This document shows, piece after piece, positions 12,286 through 21,604 of a stretch of 43,393 nt of DNA (position 1 is its first letter; each line of letters opens with the position of its first letter). Made by a program: the position numbers and the translations under genes. The stretch spans positions 1 to 43,393 of the forward strand of contig JANOQV010000142.1 of NCBI GenBank assembly GCA_031414955.1, written 5' to 3'. The notes under the pieces were generated by a model that was not told where the DNA came from, did not search any database, and saw only the letters and a program-made list of their open reading frames with translations. Source of the stretch: Pedosphaera sp. (GTDB taxonomy: Bacteria; Verrucomicrobiota; Verrucomicrobiia; Limisphaerales; SIBH01).

Positions 12286-13944
12286 TTAACCCACGCTCAT
12301 CCCCAGCAGGAACTCGATATTCGTCTTGGTCTTCTTGAGCTTGCCCAGCACCAGTTCCATGGCTTCGACCGGCGGCACGCCGGTGAGGGCGCGGCGCAGG
12401 ATGACCACGCGGCTGTGTTCCTGCGGATGATAAAGCAACTCCTCCTTGCGCGTGCCGGAACGCTCGATGTTGATCGAAGGGAAGATGCGGCGGTCCACCA
12501 GCGCGCGGTCGAGATGCACCTCCATGTTGCCGGTGCCCTTGAACTCTTCAAAGATGACTTCATCCATGCGGCTGCCGGTATCGACCAGCGCGGTGGCGAT
12601 GATGGTCAGCGAACCGCCCTCCTCAATGTTGCGAGCCGCGCCGAAGAAACGCTTCGGCTTGTGCAGCGCGTTGGCGTCCACACCGCCGGAGAGAATTTTC
12701 CCGGAGTGTGGCTGGATGGTGTTGTAAGCGCGGGCCAGGCGCGTGATGGAATCGAGCAGGATGACGACATCCTTCTTGTGCTCGACCATGCGCTTGGCCT
12801 TTTCGATGACCATCTCGGCGACCTGCACATGGCGCTCCGGCGGCTCGTCGAAGGTTGAGCTGATCACCTCGGCGCCCACGCAAGTGCGCTCCATGTCCGT
12901 GACTTCCTCGGGGCGCTCGTCGATGAGCAGGATGAAGAGATACGACTCGGGATTGTTCTTGAGGATGGCGTTGGCCAGCTTCTGCATCAGCACGGTTTTG
13001 CCCGTGCGCGGCGGCGCGACGATGATGCCGCGCGAGCCTTTGCCGACAGGGCAGACAAGGTCCATGGTGCGCGTGGAAAGCTCCTCGGGGTTGGTCTCCA
13101 GAATGAACCGCTTGGTCGGGAACAACGGCGTGAGGTTGTCGAAGTGCGTCTTCTCCTTGGCCACGTCCGGGTCCGCGCCATCGACGCCTTCCACCTTGAG
13201 CAGCGCGAAGAAGCGTTCCTTGTCCTTGGGCGGACGAATCTGTCCCGCGACGAGATTGCCCGTCTGCAAATCAAACCGGCGAATCTGCGAGGGCGAGACG
13301 TAGATGTCCTCGGGGCAGGGGAGGTAATTGAAACTCTGGGAACGGAGGAAGCCGAAGCCCTCGCCCAACACTTCGAGCACGCCTTCCGAAAACAGCGCGC
13401 CGCTGCGCTCGGCGTTTTTCTGGAGGATGTGGAAAATGATCTCGTGCTTGCGCATCGTGCCCCAGTTCTCGATGCCGAGATCCTTGGCCATGTTGTTCAG
13501 GTCTGTCATCGACATGGCCTGCAGCTCGGCAATGTTGATCTTCAGCGCGGGCGCGGTCTCAGCCCCGGTGATGCGGCGGTGCTCGCGGTCGCGATCCTCG
13601 CGCTCCTCGCGGTCGGTGTCGTGTTCGCCTGAAGGTTCAATCGGCTTGGTCGGCGGGCGCAGCACCATGTCGGTGTCGCTTTCGGTGTCGCCGCTCCTGG
13701 GCGATTCCTCCTCGGCGGCCTGGCGGTCGGAGAGGCGCGCGCGTTCCAGCAGGTCGGTGTCGGAAAGCGTGGAGGGCTCGGGTGCCTTCGGGCGCAAATC
13801 CGATTCTGGCGCGGCCGTTTCAACGGCTGTTTCCAGCGCTGCTTGTTCTGCTGCCACCGGAGCCTTGGCCGGCGGGGAAGGTTTGACCACTTGCTTCTTC
13901 GGGGCCTTGGTCTTGGCCACTTTCGGTTTCGCTACTCTTGCCAT
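12286..13944 (-). CDS. rho: Transcription termination factor Rho with a long N-terminal low-complexity extension
   Basis: [91 protein letters not shown]. Start taken at ATG 13944 (MARVAKPK). Confidence 0.99.
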   Translation of the reverse strand: MARVAKPKVAKTKAPKKQVVKPSPPAKAPVAAEQAALETAVETAAPESDLRPKAPEPSTLSDTDLLERARLSDRQAAEEESPRSGDTESDTDMVLRPPTKPIEPSGEHDTDREEREDRDREHRRITGAETAPALKINIAELQAMSMTDLNNMAKDLGIENWGTMRKHEIIFHILQKNAERSGALFSEGVLEVLGEGFGFLRSQSFNYLPCPEDIYVSPSQIRRFDLQTGNLVAGQIRPPKDKERFFALLKVEGVDGADPDVAKEKTHFDNLTPLFPTKRFILETNPEELSTRTMDLVCPVGKGSRGIIVAPPRTGKTVLMQKLANAILKNNPESYLFILLIDERPEEVTDMERTCVGAEVISSTFDEPPERHVQVAEMVIEKAKRMVEHKKDVVILLDSITRLARAYNTIQPHSGKILSGGVDANALHKPKRFFGAARNIEEGGSLTIIATALVDTGSRMDEVIFEEFKGTGNMEVHLDRALVDRRIFPSINIERSGTRKEELLYHPQEHSRVVILRRALTGVPPVEAMELVLGKLKKTKTNIEFLLGMSVG

Positions 13945-14105
13945 AAAATTCGTTTTGTTGTCAGTGCCGAAGCTGCCCACCATCAACATGATTTCGGCGC
14001 AGGAGCACTGGTCGAACTGGGCGGGAATCACCTGGACGGCTGGCATCCGGGGAAAGAACACAGCCACGGATGTCGGAGGAAAAACGCACGCTCAATTCGG
14101 TTGAG

Positions 14106-14134
14106 ACGTTGGCGAACGACCACGATGGTGTCAA
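14106..14134 (-). promoter_or_regulatory. Putative rho promoter
   Basis: TTGACA (14134-14129), 17-nt spacer, CAACGT (14111-14106). Perfect -35, weak -10; implies a leader of about 150 nt. Confidence 0.45.
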
Positions 14135-14303
14135 GGCATGTGCCGCGAAAATTCCCACGCGTTGACGCCTAAGTTTTGCGCCTACACTGGTGGGTTGGCC
14201 AGCCAGGCTCCGGCCCGTGTCGATCCGCCGGCCGGCCGGTTTGTTCGCCCGGCCGGTTCAGCGCGCGCTTTCCTTCCCCGCGGAATCTCGGTACTTGAAG
14301 CCG

Positions 14304-15392
14304 GTGCATGTCAGCCATCTACGTCTTCGCGACTTCCGCAATTACGCGCGGCTCGACCTCGATTTCCCCCCCGGCCTCCACGTCCTGATTGGCGACAACG
14401 CCCAGGGCAAGACCAACATCCTCGAAGCGATTTACCTCCTGGCCACCCTCCGTTCCTTTCGCGGTGTGGGCGGGGCGCAGATCATTCAGCACGGGAAGAA
14501 GGGCTATTTCATCGGCGCGCAAATTACCGGGCAGGGCGAGCGCGAGATCAAAATGTACTGGTCCGCCAGCGAGCGGAAACTTTCCCTCGACGCCCAGCCG
14601 GTGAAGAAGCTCACCGATTATCTGGGTGCCCTGCGCGCCGTGGTCTTCTGCACCGAGGACTTGCAACTGGTCAAGGGCACCGCGCGTGGACGCCGCCGCT
14701 TCCTTGACCTCCTCCTGGCCCAGACTTCTCCCGCTTACCTGCCCACGCTCCAGCGCTACGCCCTCGCGCTCCGCTCGCGCAACGCGCTGCTCAAGCAACG
14801 CGCCTTTGATCCCGTGGCGCTGGAAAGTTTTTCGCAGGAACTGGTCAAACTGGGCGAGGAAATCATCCGGCAGCGGCGCGAACTGCTGCCCAAACTCTCG
14901 CCCCTGGCCCGTCTCGCCTATCGCCGCATCTCCAACGCCGCCGAGGAATTGCGCCTCGAATATCAACCGAGCGTCAAGCGCGACTTCGCCGTCGAACTGG
15001 CCCAGGCCCGCGCCCGCGAACTCTCCTTCCGCATGACGGTGGTGGGGCCGCATCGCGACGAAGTGCAGTTGCTGCTCAACGACCAATCGGCCGCGCATTT
15101 CGGCAGCGAAGGCCAAAAGCGATCCCTGGCCATTGCCCTCAAGATGGCCCAGGCCGAATACGTCACCGGCCTGCACGGCACGCCCCCCGTCCTCCTCATC
15201 GACGACGTGATGGGTGAGTTGGATGCCAAACGCCGCAGCGGACTGCTGCCCCTGCTCGAACGCGCCCAGCACGCCCGGGGTCAGGTCTTCATGACTTGCA
15301 CCGACGAAAACTGGCCGCGCGAACTGGGTCGCGAACTGCAACGCTGGACCGTGGCCGGAGGCGCACTGGTCAAGGGAGGGCCACTTTCATGA
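14304..15392 (+). CDS. recF: DNA replication/repair protein RecF
   Basis: LRDFRNY, GDNAQGKTNILEAIY, RRRFLD, GPHRDE, GSEGQKRS and PVLLIDDVMGELD motifs; likely GTG start at 14304. Confidence 0.97.
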   Translation: MHVSHLRLRDFRNYARLDLDFPPGLHVLIGDNAQGKTNILEAIYLLATLRSFRGVGGAQIIQHGKKGYFIGAQITGQGEREIKMYWSASERKLSLDAQPVKKLTDYLGALRAVVFCTEDLQLVKGTARGRRRFLDLLLAQTSPAYLPTLQRYALALRSRNALLKQRAFDPVALESFSQELVKLGEEIIRQRRELLPKLSPLARLAYRRISNAAEELRLEYQPSVKRDFAVELAQARARELSFRMTVVGPHRDEVQLLLNDQSAAHFGSEGQKRSLAIALKMAQAEYVTGLHGTPPVLLIDDVMGELDAKRRSGLLPLLERAQHARGQVFMTCTDENWPRELGRELQRWTVAGGALVKGGPLS

Positions 15393-15496
15393 AGAGACCA
15401 GGCGGCAGCACCGGGGCAATTTAACGACGGCCGGGCGGTAATGATCATCGTAGCCGCTCCTTCAGCCTCGTCGGCCTGGTGCCGACATTAAGAGGC

Positions 15497-16447
15497 ATGA
15501 AACATTTCAGATGGTGGGCGTTGTGCCTGGCTTGGGTGCCCGCACTCGGGGCGCTGGCGGCCAAGCCGGAGTTGCATCTGGATCGCGTTCACGTCGGCAA
15601 GTCAGAGTACTCGAATGCCGTGTTCACGGCCTCCGGCACGAACCGGGTTGCGGTCGAGCACTCCTTGGGCTTGGCCACGATCAAGACGGCGGCCCTCGAG
15701 ATTGAACTCGCTCATCAGTTGCTTGCGGCGGGGGTCATTCAGGAGAGCGCGCTCCAGGGCAATACGAATTTTCAGGCGTTTCTCAAGCAGGAGAGGCTGT
15801 CCGAGAAGCAGCGCCAACGTGCCGCCAACCCGCAGGGCTTACTGGCCCAGCACGCGGGCATGGAAGGCTCGCTGGGGGCGCGCTTGGGCGAACTGCTGGA
15901 GCAGGAAGCCCGGGCGCGCGGAGGAGCCGACCCGGTAAGTTATGTGGAAAGTTTTGGACCGAAGGTGGCCCTGGCCATTCTGGGCGGGTCGGTGTTCTTC
16001 TACTTTTTTCGCTGCTGGGGTTTCTCTCGCCTCGTAAAGAAATCGACCGGGCGCGGCTCGTGGCTGGTCATTCTTCCGTTGTTGCGCTGGCTTCCTTTGT
16101 TGCGCGCGGCCGGGATGTCGCTGCACTTGCTTTGGCTTCCTCTGCTCGGGTTGGCCATGCTCTATTGCCAGCCGCCCCTCCCGGAGCAAGTCCCGTGGGC
16201 GGGCGCGGCCTACCACTTCCTGACCCTGGGCATCTGGGCCCTCACCGCGCTGCTCTTCGCGGTTTGGTGCGTGAAGATTTGTGGCAAAGCCGGTGGTAAT
16301 CCGCTCCTGGGCTTGTTGTTCATCATCCCGGTGCTGGATTGGGTGGTGCTGCTCTACCTCGCCTTCAGCGGCGGTGGTGAAGCGAAGCCCTCGACCCCAC
16401 GCCCAGGCCAGTCCGGCTCGGCTCGTCCGGTCTTCGCCCTTGTTTAA
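15497..16447 (+). CDS. Hypothetical membrane protein (signal peptide, soluble N-domain, multi-TM C-domain)
   Basis: Signal-like MKHFRWWALCLAWVPALGALA; C-terminal hydrophobic helices ending in LLYLAFSG (DUF5684-like, tentative). Confidence 0.75.
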   Translation: MKHFRWWALCLAWVPALGALAAKPELHLDRVHVGKSEYSNAVFTASGTNRVAVEHSLGLATIKTAALEIELAHQLLAAGVIQESALQGNTNFQAFLKQERLSEKQRQRAANPQGLLAQHAGMEGSLGARLGELLEQEARARGGADPVSYVESFGPKVALAILGGSVFFYFFRCWGFSRLVKKSTGRGSWLVILPLLRWLPLLRAAGMSLHLLWLPLLGLAMLYCQPPLPEQVPWAGAAYHFLTLGIWALTALLFAVWCVKICGKAGGNPLLGLLFIIPVLDWVVLLYLAFSGGGEAKPSTPRPGQSGSARPVFALV

Positions 16448-16448
16448 G

Positions 16449-16474
16449 GTCCGCAGCGTTTCGACGGACTTTTT
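16449..16474 (+). terminator. Possible weak intrinsic terminator
   Basis: GTCCG...CGGAC stem followed by TTTTT immediately after the stop at 16447. Confidence 0.35.
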
Positions 16475-16558
16475 GGTCGCCCGGCCGACGATCACGTCGT
16501 GCCTCCGTTAGCCACCGCCGGCCGCAACTCCAGCGGTGTGAGGTGCGGGCACCGTCCG

Positions 16559-16607
16559 GCCGAGCGATGCTCGGCGCTCCATTTCCTACTCTGCGTTCTC
16601 TCGCGGC
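16559..16607 (-). repeat. Single GGAG-type REP plus half of a nonamer-repeat element (remnants)
   Basis: Minus strand reads GGAG-C-GCCGAGC-ATC-GCTCGGC (16580-16559). CTCTGCGTTCTCTCGCGGC (16589-16607) resembles the right arm at 20670-20688. Confidence 0.55.
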
Positions 16608-16685
16608 CAATCGCCTTTTCCTCCTCGCCTGAAAAACTTTTTGGCCCAAACTCCGTCCGCATTCCGCATGTCTCGGTAGAAAGAC

Positions 16686-19600
16686 ATGATTATGAACACG
16701 AACCAACCGCCCGACCGCGAAAAGGAACTCTTCGAGCAAGCCGTCGAGATTACTTCGCCCCAAGAACGCGCCGCCTTCCTCAACATCGCCTGCGCTGGCC
16801 AGCCTGCCTTGCGCGAACGCCTCGACAACCTCCTCCGCGCCCACGACGAAGCCGCCTCCAAATTTCTCGGCGATCGGCCCGCCGCCGCCCCCGCCACCAT
16901 CCGCCTCACCGTGCCCGACGAAGAAAAACTCGGCACCATGATCGGCCGCTACAAGCTGCTGGAAAAAGTCGGCGAAGGCGGATTCGGCAGCGTGTATGTC
17001 GCCGAGCAACGCGAACCGGTGAAACGCCGCGTCGCCCTTAAGGTCATCAAGCTCGGCATGGACACCAAGGAAGTCGTGGCCCGCTTCGAGGCCGAGCGCC
17101 AAGCGTTGGCCATGATGGATCACCCGAACATCGCCAAGGTGCTTGATGCCGGCGCGACGGAGAGCGGCCGCCCCTACTTCGTCATGGAACTCGTGCGCGG
17201 CATTCGCATCACCGACTATTGCGACCAGAACCAGCTTCCCACCCTCGACCGTCTCAAGCTCTTCATCCAGGTTTGCAACGCCGTGCAGCACGCGCACCAG
17301 AAGGGCATCATCCACCGCGACCTCAAGCCCTCGAACATCCTCGTCACCCTCCACGACGGCGTGCCCGTGCCCAAGGTCATTGACTTCGGCATCGCCAAGG
17401 CCACCCAGCAGGAACTCACCGACAAGACGGTTTACACGCAACTCCAGCAATTCATCGGCACGCCCGCCTACATCAGCCCCGAGCAGGCCGAGATGAGCGG
17501 ACTCGACATAGATACCCGCGCCGACATCTACAGCCTCGGCGTGCTTCTCTACGAACTGCTCACCGGCCAGACGCCCTTCGACGCGCGCGAACTGCTCAAG
17601 GCCGGACTCGATGAATTGCGCCGCACCATCCGCGAAGTCGAGCCGATGCGGCCCAGCACGCGGCTCACCCTGCGTCTCGCCCGCTCCGCCGGTCCCGGAG
17701 CGCCGGCGTCCTCGCCGGCGTTGGACGGTACAGCGCGCAAAGCCAGCGAGGACGCTGGCGCTCCCCCCTCGCCTCGCTCCCGCAAGGAAGTCCAAAACCT
17801 CCAGCACCTTATCACCCTCGTCCGCGGCGACATTGATTGGATCGTGATGAAGTGCCTGGAGAAAGACCGCACCCGCCGCTACGACACCGCCAACGGCCTC
17901 GCCGCCGACGTGCAACGCCACCTGAGCAACGAGCCGGTCATCGCCCGCCCGCCCAGCACGCTCTACCGCCTCCAGAAAATGGCGCGGCGCAACAAGCTCG
18001 CCTTCGCCGCCACCACCGCCGTCCTCACCGCGCTCGTGCTGGGAATATCCGTCAGCGCCTGGCAGGCCGTGCGCGCCAGCCGTGAATCCGCCACGGCACG
18101 ACGCGCGGAAACCGCCGCCCGCTGCGCCGAAACTCTCGCCCAAACCGAGGCCCGCCGCGCCGATGACGAAGCCCGCCGCGCGACCACCGCCACCACCGCC
18201 GCCCGCCAGTCCCTCGCCGCCGCCGACTTCTACCAGGCCACCCGGCTGGTGGACGCCGACAACACCTCCGAGGCGCTCCCCTTCCTGGCCCGCAGCCTGT
18301 CCCTAAACCCGACCAACCCCGCCGCGCGCACGCGCCTGTTCACTTTGCTCAACTACCGGACATGGATGATGCCGAAGCTGGTGCTGACCAACGCGGGCCA
18401 CACCGAGCATGCGGCGTTCAGTCCGGATGGCGCGCGGATTCTGACCGTATCAAGTAATGGTGAGGCGAGACTCTGGGACGCTTGGACTGAGAAACCGTTG
18501 ACGGCAACCATGACATGCGAACCATTTCCGAATTTCTGGAGTGACGAGCTGCCTTTTGAATTCAGTGCTGACGGAAAACGACTTCTGACCTTCCACAACA
18601 ATCATGTCAAAGTTTGGGATGCTCTCTCGGGTCGTCTTTTGACAGAGCTAGGTGACGTTCTTGACAGGGCGCGCCAATCGGGCCGCATTACACTTGCTCA
18701 CTTCAATCCTGCCGGAACACGGTTCGTTGGCGTCACGAAGTATTGCGCCCAAGTGTGGGATGCTCAGAATGGCAATCCCATCGTCGGCCCGTTTGGCGAC
18801 GAGGCCATCGAGTCGGCTCGATATACCTCAGATGGAACAAAGGTTCTGACCATCTCTATGACCAGCCACGGTCGCGTTTGGGACGCGCAGACAGGACAGC
18901 CGTTGACAGCGCTGTTTGCCCGCCCAGACGTCGCGGAGATTTTTTGGAGTCCTGACGGTTCCCGGATTGCGGCTGCTCACGGGAAACCACCGCGATGGGA
19001 TGAGAGTAAGTCGGAGATTGAATGGTATTTTAGCAATGATGATTCGACAGCACGAATTTGGGACGCGAAGACGCTCCAGCCACTTGGATCCAGAATGCCC
19101 TTCAGCTACCAATATCGGAGTTTGAATTTCAGCCCAGACGGAAGCCGAATCATCGCCGACGAAGACGGTAGTGTGTGGGACGCGAAGAGCGGTGAACCGG
19201 TCCCTGCGCTTCAACCTAAGAACGGGTGGTGGGCAACCAGTTTCAGCCGGGATGGAAAAAGGATCCTTGCCGAGAGCATTAGGAGTGAGCGGCGGGTTTT
19301 GGATGCTTTTTCAGGCCAGCCTGTAACGGAATCGTATCCAGAGAGAGGGCACGCTCAGTCCGAAGTCAGCCCCGATGGCAATCGCGTAATGTACCTGATG
19401 GAGGATGGACATCTCTGGATGCTTGATACACGCCCAGCCACAGAACCATCCCGCTTATTTGGCGAAGCACAGAGCATCGCGTCGGCAAGGATTTCACCAA
19501 ATGGTCGATTGCTTGCCACCGTCACGACCAACGCCGTCACGCTCTGGGATGTGGAAAGTGGAACAAGCTCCGTGTTGGCCACCGAAAAGTCAGGCAAGGC

Positions 19601-20561
19601 GAAGGCCGAGTTCAGCACAGACGGTGAACAACTCATCGTCGTATCGGGTGCAAAAACCGCGCAAGTGTGGAACGTCAGAACCCGACAACGCCTAACCCCA
19701 CCGAGAAGTTTCGGCGCAGCGACCAAATTGCTAGTCGTCAGTCCCGACGGCAAATGGATCGCCACCGTGACCACCAATCAAATTCTAGCCGTTGTGAATG
19801 CGCTCACGGGCGAGGAAGTTTGGAATAAGGTGGGGCGTTGGTACGGAGCTTGGTTCAGTCCAGATAGTCGATGGCTCTCGGCCTCGGGACAAACCACCAA
19901 CGGAGCCACTGCGTCGGGAGCCTTCGATACCAAGACTGGTGATCGAAAACCGATTTCTGGTCAGAACGGGGAGGTTTCGCGCGCACCTCGGTTTAGTCCA
20001 GAAGGTGACCACTTTCTTGGCGGAGCCGGCAACAGCGTCGAGATGTACGAAACTCACAGCGGTGCGCTATTGCTTAGAGGACTGGAGGCAGAGAAGGAAA
20101 TTCACAACTTCGCTTTCGGACGAGAAGGACAGCAAATCATCACACAGTCCGTGCAGGCTGACGGGTCAGCAAACCTACGCCTCTGGGACGCAAACAGCGG
20201 TCTGCTCATCGCCGACCCTTTCCACGAACACAGAAGAAATTATCCACAAACGGCAGGTGCTTTAACCCTTGATGGCCGTTGGCTGGTCACGGTGTCCACG
20301 AATGGGCAGGCGTGTTTGTGGAACCTCAGCCCGCCGCCCGGCGCGCTGCCGGGGTGGATGGCGGACCTGTTGGAGGCGTTGAGCGGGAAAGTGCTGAACG
20401 CCCACGGCGTGCTGGAGCCAACCCAGCGCGACCCCGCCCAACTCCTCGCCACCCTCCGTACCCAGTCCGCCGCCGCCCCGCCCACCGACGAGTGGGGCAC
20501 CTGGCTCCGCTGGTTCCTCGCCGACCGCGCCACCCGCGGCCCCTACCCGCTCACGCCGTAG
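16686..20561 (+). CDS. Hanks-type Ser/Thr protein kinase with TM helix and C-terminal WD40 beta-propeller repeats
   Basis: GEGGFGSVY, VALK, HRDLKPSN, DFG and GTPAYISPEQ motifs; TM LAFAATTAVLTALVLGISVSAW; more than 10 repeats of FSPDG...(L/V/I)WD type. Confidence 0.96.
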   Translation: MIMNTNQPPDREKELFEQAVEITSPQERAAFLNIACAGQPALRERLDNLLRAHDEAASKFLGDRPAAAPATIRLTVPDEEKLGTMIGRYKLLEKVGEGGFGSVYVAEQREPVKRRVALKVIKLGMDTKEVVARFEAERQALAMMDHPNIAKVLDAGATESGRPYFVMELVRGIRITDYCDQNQLPTLDRLKLFIQVCNAVQHAHQKGIIHRDLKPSNILVTLHDGVPVPKVIDFGIAKATQQELTDKTVYTQLQQFIGTPAYISPEQAEMSGLDIDTRADIYSLGVLLYELLTGQTPFDARELLKAGLDELRRTIREVEPMRPSTRLTLRLARSAGPGAPASSPALDGTARKASEDAGAPPSPRSRKEVQNLQHLITLVRGDIDWIVMKCLEKDRTRRYDTANGLAADVQRHLSNEPVIARPPSTLYRLQKMARRNKLAFAATTAVLTALVLGISVSAWQAVRASRESATARRAETAARCAETLAQTEARRADDEARRATTATTAARQSLAAADFYQATRLVDADNTSEALPFLARSLSLNPTNPAARTRLFTLLNYRTWMMPKLVLTNAGHTEHAAFSPDGARILTVSSNGEARLWDAWTEKPLTATMTCEPFPNFWSDELPFEFSADGKRLLTFHNNHVKVWDALSGRLLTELGDVLDRARQSGRITLAHFNPAGTRFVGVTKYCAQVWDAQNGNPIVGPFGDEAIESARYTSDGTKVLTISMTSHGRVWDAQTGQPLTALFARPDVAEIFWSPDGSRIAAAHGKPPRWDESKSEIEWYFSNDDSTARIWDAKTLQPLGSRMPFSYQYRSLNFSPDGSRIIADEDGSVWDAKSGEPVPALQPKNGWWATSFSRDGKRILAESIRSERRVLDAFSGQPVTESYPERGHAQSEVSPDGNRVMYLMEDGHLWMLDTRPATEPSRLFGEAQSIASARISPNGRLLATVTTNAVTLWDVESGTSSVLATEKSGKAKAEFSTDGEQLIVVSGAKTAQVWNVRTRQRLTPPRSFGAATKLLVVSPDGKWIATVTTNQILAVVNALTGEEVWNKVGRWYGAWFSPDSRWLSASGQTTNGATASGAFDTKTGDRKPISGQNGEVSRAPRFSPEGDHFLGGAGNSVEMYETHSGALLLRGLEAEKEIHNFAFGREGQQIITQSVQADGSANLRLWDANSGLLIADPFHEHRRNYPQTAGALTLDGRWLVTVSTNGQACLWNLSPPPGALPGWMADLLEALSGKVLNAHGVLEPTQRDPAQLLATLRTQSAAAPPTDEWGTWLRWFLADRATRGPYPLTP
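17697..17764. repeat. GGAG-type REP doublet inserted in-frame in the kinase CDS
   Basis: GGAGCGCCGGCGTCCTCGCCGGC (17697-17719) and its inverted copy at 17742-17764 match 21/23; translated as GAPASSPALDGTARKASEDAGAP. Confidence 0.85.
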
Positions 20562-20738
20562 GACACGGCTTCCAGCCTGTCCCACCAACTGAATTGGAGG
20601 CGGAAAGAAAACCGCATCGCCACAAAGAACGCAGAGAGCGCAAAGAAACGGCACTTCACCTCTCTGTGTTCTTTGCGTTCTCTGTGGCAAACAATTCAGA
20701 AGTTTGATTGGTGGGACAGGCTGGAAGCCATGTCCTAC
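20558..20738. repeat. GTAG-type REP doublet with a nested nonamer-repeat hairpin
   Basis: 31-nt arms 20558-20588 and 20708-20738 match 30/31. Inner arms 20619-20646 and 20661-20688 match 23/28, all differences A/G. The leading GTAG contains the kinase TAG stop. Confidence 0.92.
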
Positions 20739-20832
20739 GCCGCCGCCCCCACCCACCGACGAATGGTCCGCCTGGCTCCGCTGGTTCCTCGCCGACCGCG
20801 CCACGCGCGGCCCCTATCCGCTCACGCCGTGA
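20739..20832 (+). pseudogene. Displaced copy C' of the kinase 3' end (..PTDEWSAWLRWFLADRATRGPYPLTP*)
   Basis: About 90% identical to 20469-20561 (9 substitutions and 1 indel by hand alignment); several changes are synonymous and TAG becomes TGA. Confidence 0.9.
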
Positions 20833-20855
20833 GCGGAAACTGAGCACCGAAACGA

Positions 20856-21067
20856 CAAGCCCGGAGGGCTTGAATGTGAATAGCCTCCGGTGCAACCGGG
20901 GGTAAAGCCGTCAAAGCAAACCCGACCCCGGAGGGGTCGAACCGTGTGACCAGCGAACGTGGTCGGTTTCAACCCCATCCGGGGTTGTAACCGCAGTGAC
21001 CACGCAACCCCGGGTTCGCTCGTGCCTCGCGACCCGGGGCTATTCACGTTCAAGCCCTCCGGGCTTG
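20856..21067. repeat. Multi-hairpin palindromic (REPIN/MITE-like) element
   Basis: 30-nt terminal inverted repeats 20856-20885 and 21038-21067 match 29/30; inner arms GACCCCGGAGGGGTCGAA / TTCAACCCCATCCGGGGTT. Same architecture as 4871-5107. Confidence 0.9.
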
Positions 21068-21071
21068 GCCT

Positions 21072-21114
21072 AACTCCTCGCCACCCGCCGCACCCAGTCC
21101 GCCGCCGCCCCGCC
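21072..21114 (+). pseudogene. Displaced copy B' of the kinase tail
   Basis: 41/43 identical to 20440-20482. Confidence 0.85.
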
Positions 21115-21139
21115 GACCAGCGGGTTCCTCATCCTCGCG

Positions 21140-21385
21140 TCAAACCACTTCTTCGCCGTTCGCAACTTGTCCGGGTTGCAAAAAAGTTCTGATGAGTTCG
21201 CCTTCACCACAGACGGTCATGGCGGAAAACTTCTTGAACCAACGGCCTTCCGGCACTTCCGGTTCCAGAGCCAGCCAGTCGGCCAAGAGTCCGAGTTGAT
21301 CGGCGGAGATGTGCCGGCTGCCCACGCGGTCGAGCAGGTGATCGAGCAGGCGCGGGGGCAGGCCGTGGCGGCGGATGCGCGGCCT
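21140..21385 (-). CDS. Small putative toxin-like protein; canonical start apparently lost (AGG at 21385) or later GTG start at 21325
   Basis: Open frame RPRIRRHGLPPRLLDHLLDRVGSRHISADQLGLLADWL...TVCGEGELIRTFLQPGQ starts 3 nt after the upstream gene's stop. H-x-x-x-R-x-x-x-R-x-I-S loosely resembles DUF4258/BrnT-like RNases. Confidence 0.5.
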   Translation of the reverse strand, partial: RPRIRRHGLPPRLLDHLLDRVGSRHISADQLGLLADWLALEPEVPEGRWFKKFSAMTVCGEGELIRTFLQPGQVANGEEVV

Positions 21386-21388
21386 GGG

Positions 21389-21598
21389 CTACTCGCCGTA
21401 AAACCCGCGATGAATTTCGTCGCGCAGTTTCGACACTTCGGCGGGGTCGTTCGTGTTCGCCATGCTCTGGGCGAGACCAGCCAGCTTTTCACCGGACAGT
21501 TGGCGTTCACGCGCCAGCTCGAAGGCGAATTGAATCACACGCGACTGTTCCGCGCGCGGCAGATGCTTGATCTCTTCAATGACACCCGTGGCAGTCAT
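21389..21598 (-). CDS. Small helical protein, putative antitoxin/addiction-module component (69 aa)
   Basis: MTATGVIEEIKHLPRAEQSRVIQFAFEL resembles addiction-module antitoxin N-termini; promoter-like motif immediately upstream. Confidence 0.65.
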   Translation of the reverse strand: MTATGVIEEIKHLPRAEQSRVIQFAFELARERQLSGEKLAGLAQSMANTNDPAEVSKLRDEIHRGFYGE

Positions 21599-21604
21599 GG
21601 CTGC

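Noticed and set aside
14162..14188. TTGACG...TACACT as the recF promoter
   Set aside because: The spacer is only 15 nt; plausible but too weak to list as a feature.
3308..15419. Identical 14-mer CAGCACCGGGGCAA just after secA (3308-3321) and recF (15406-15419)
   Set aside because: A 14-bp match is expected by chance in 43 kb of GC-rich DNA, and there is no further similarity.
20469..20832. Kinase C-terminus and its near-copy as a DGR variable/template repeat pair
   Set aside because: Differences are not confined to adenines in either copy, several are synonymous, and no reverse transcriptase gene is visible in the window.
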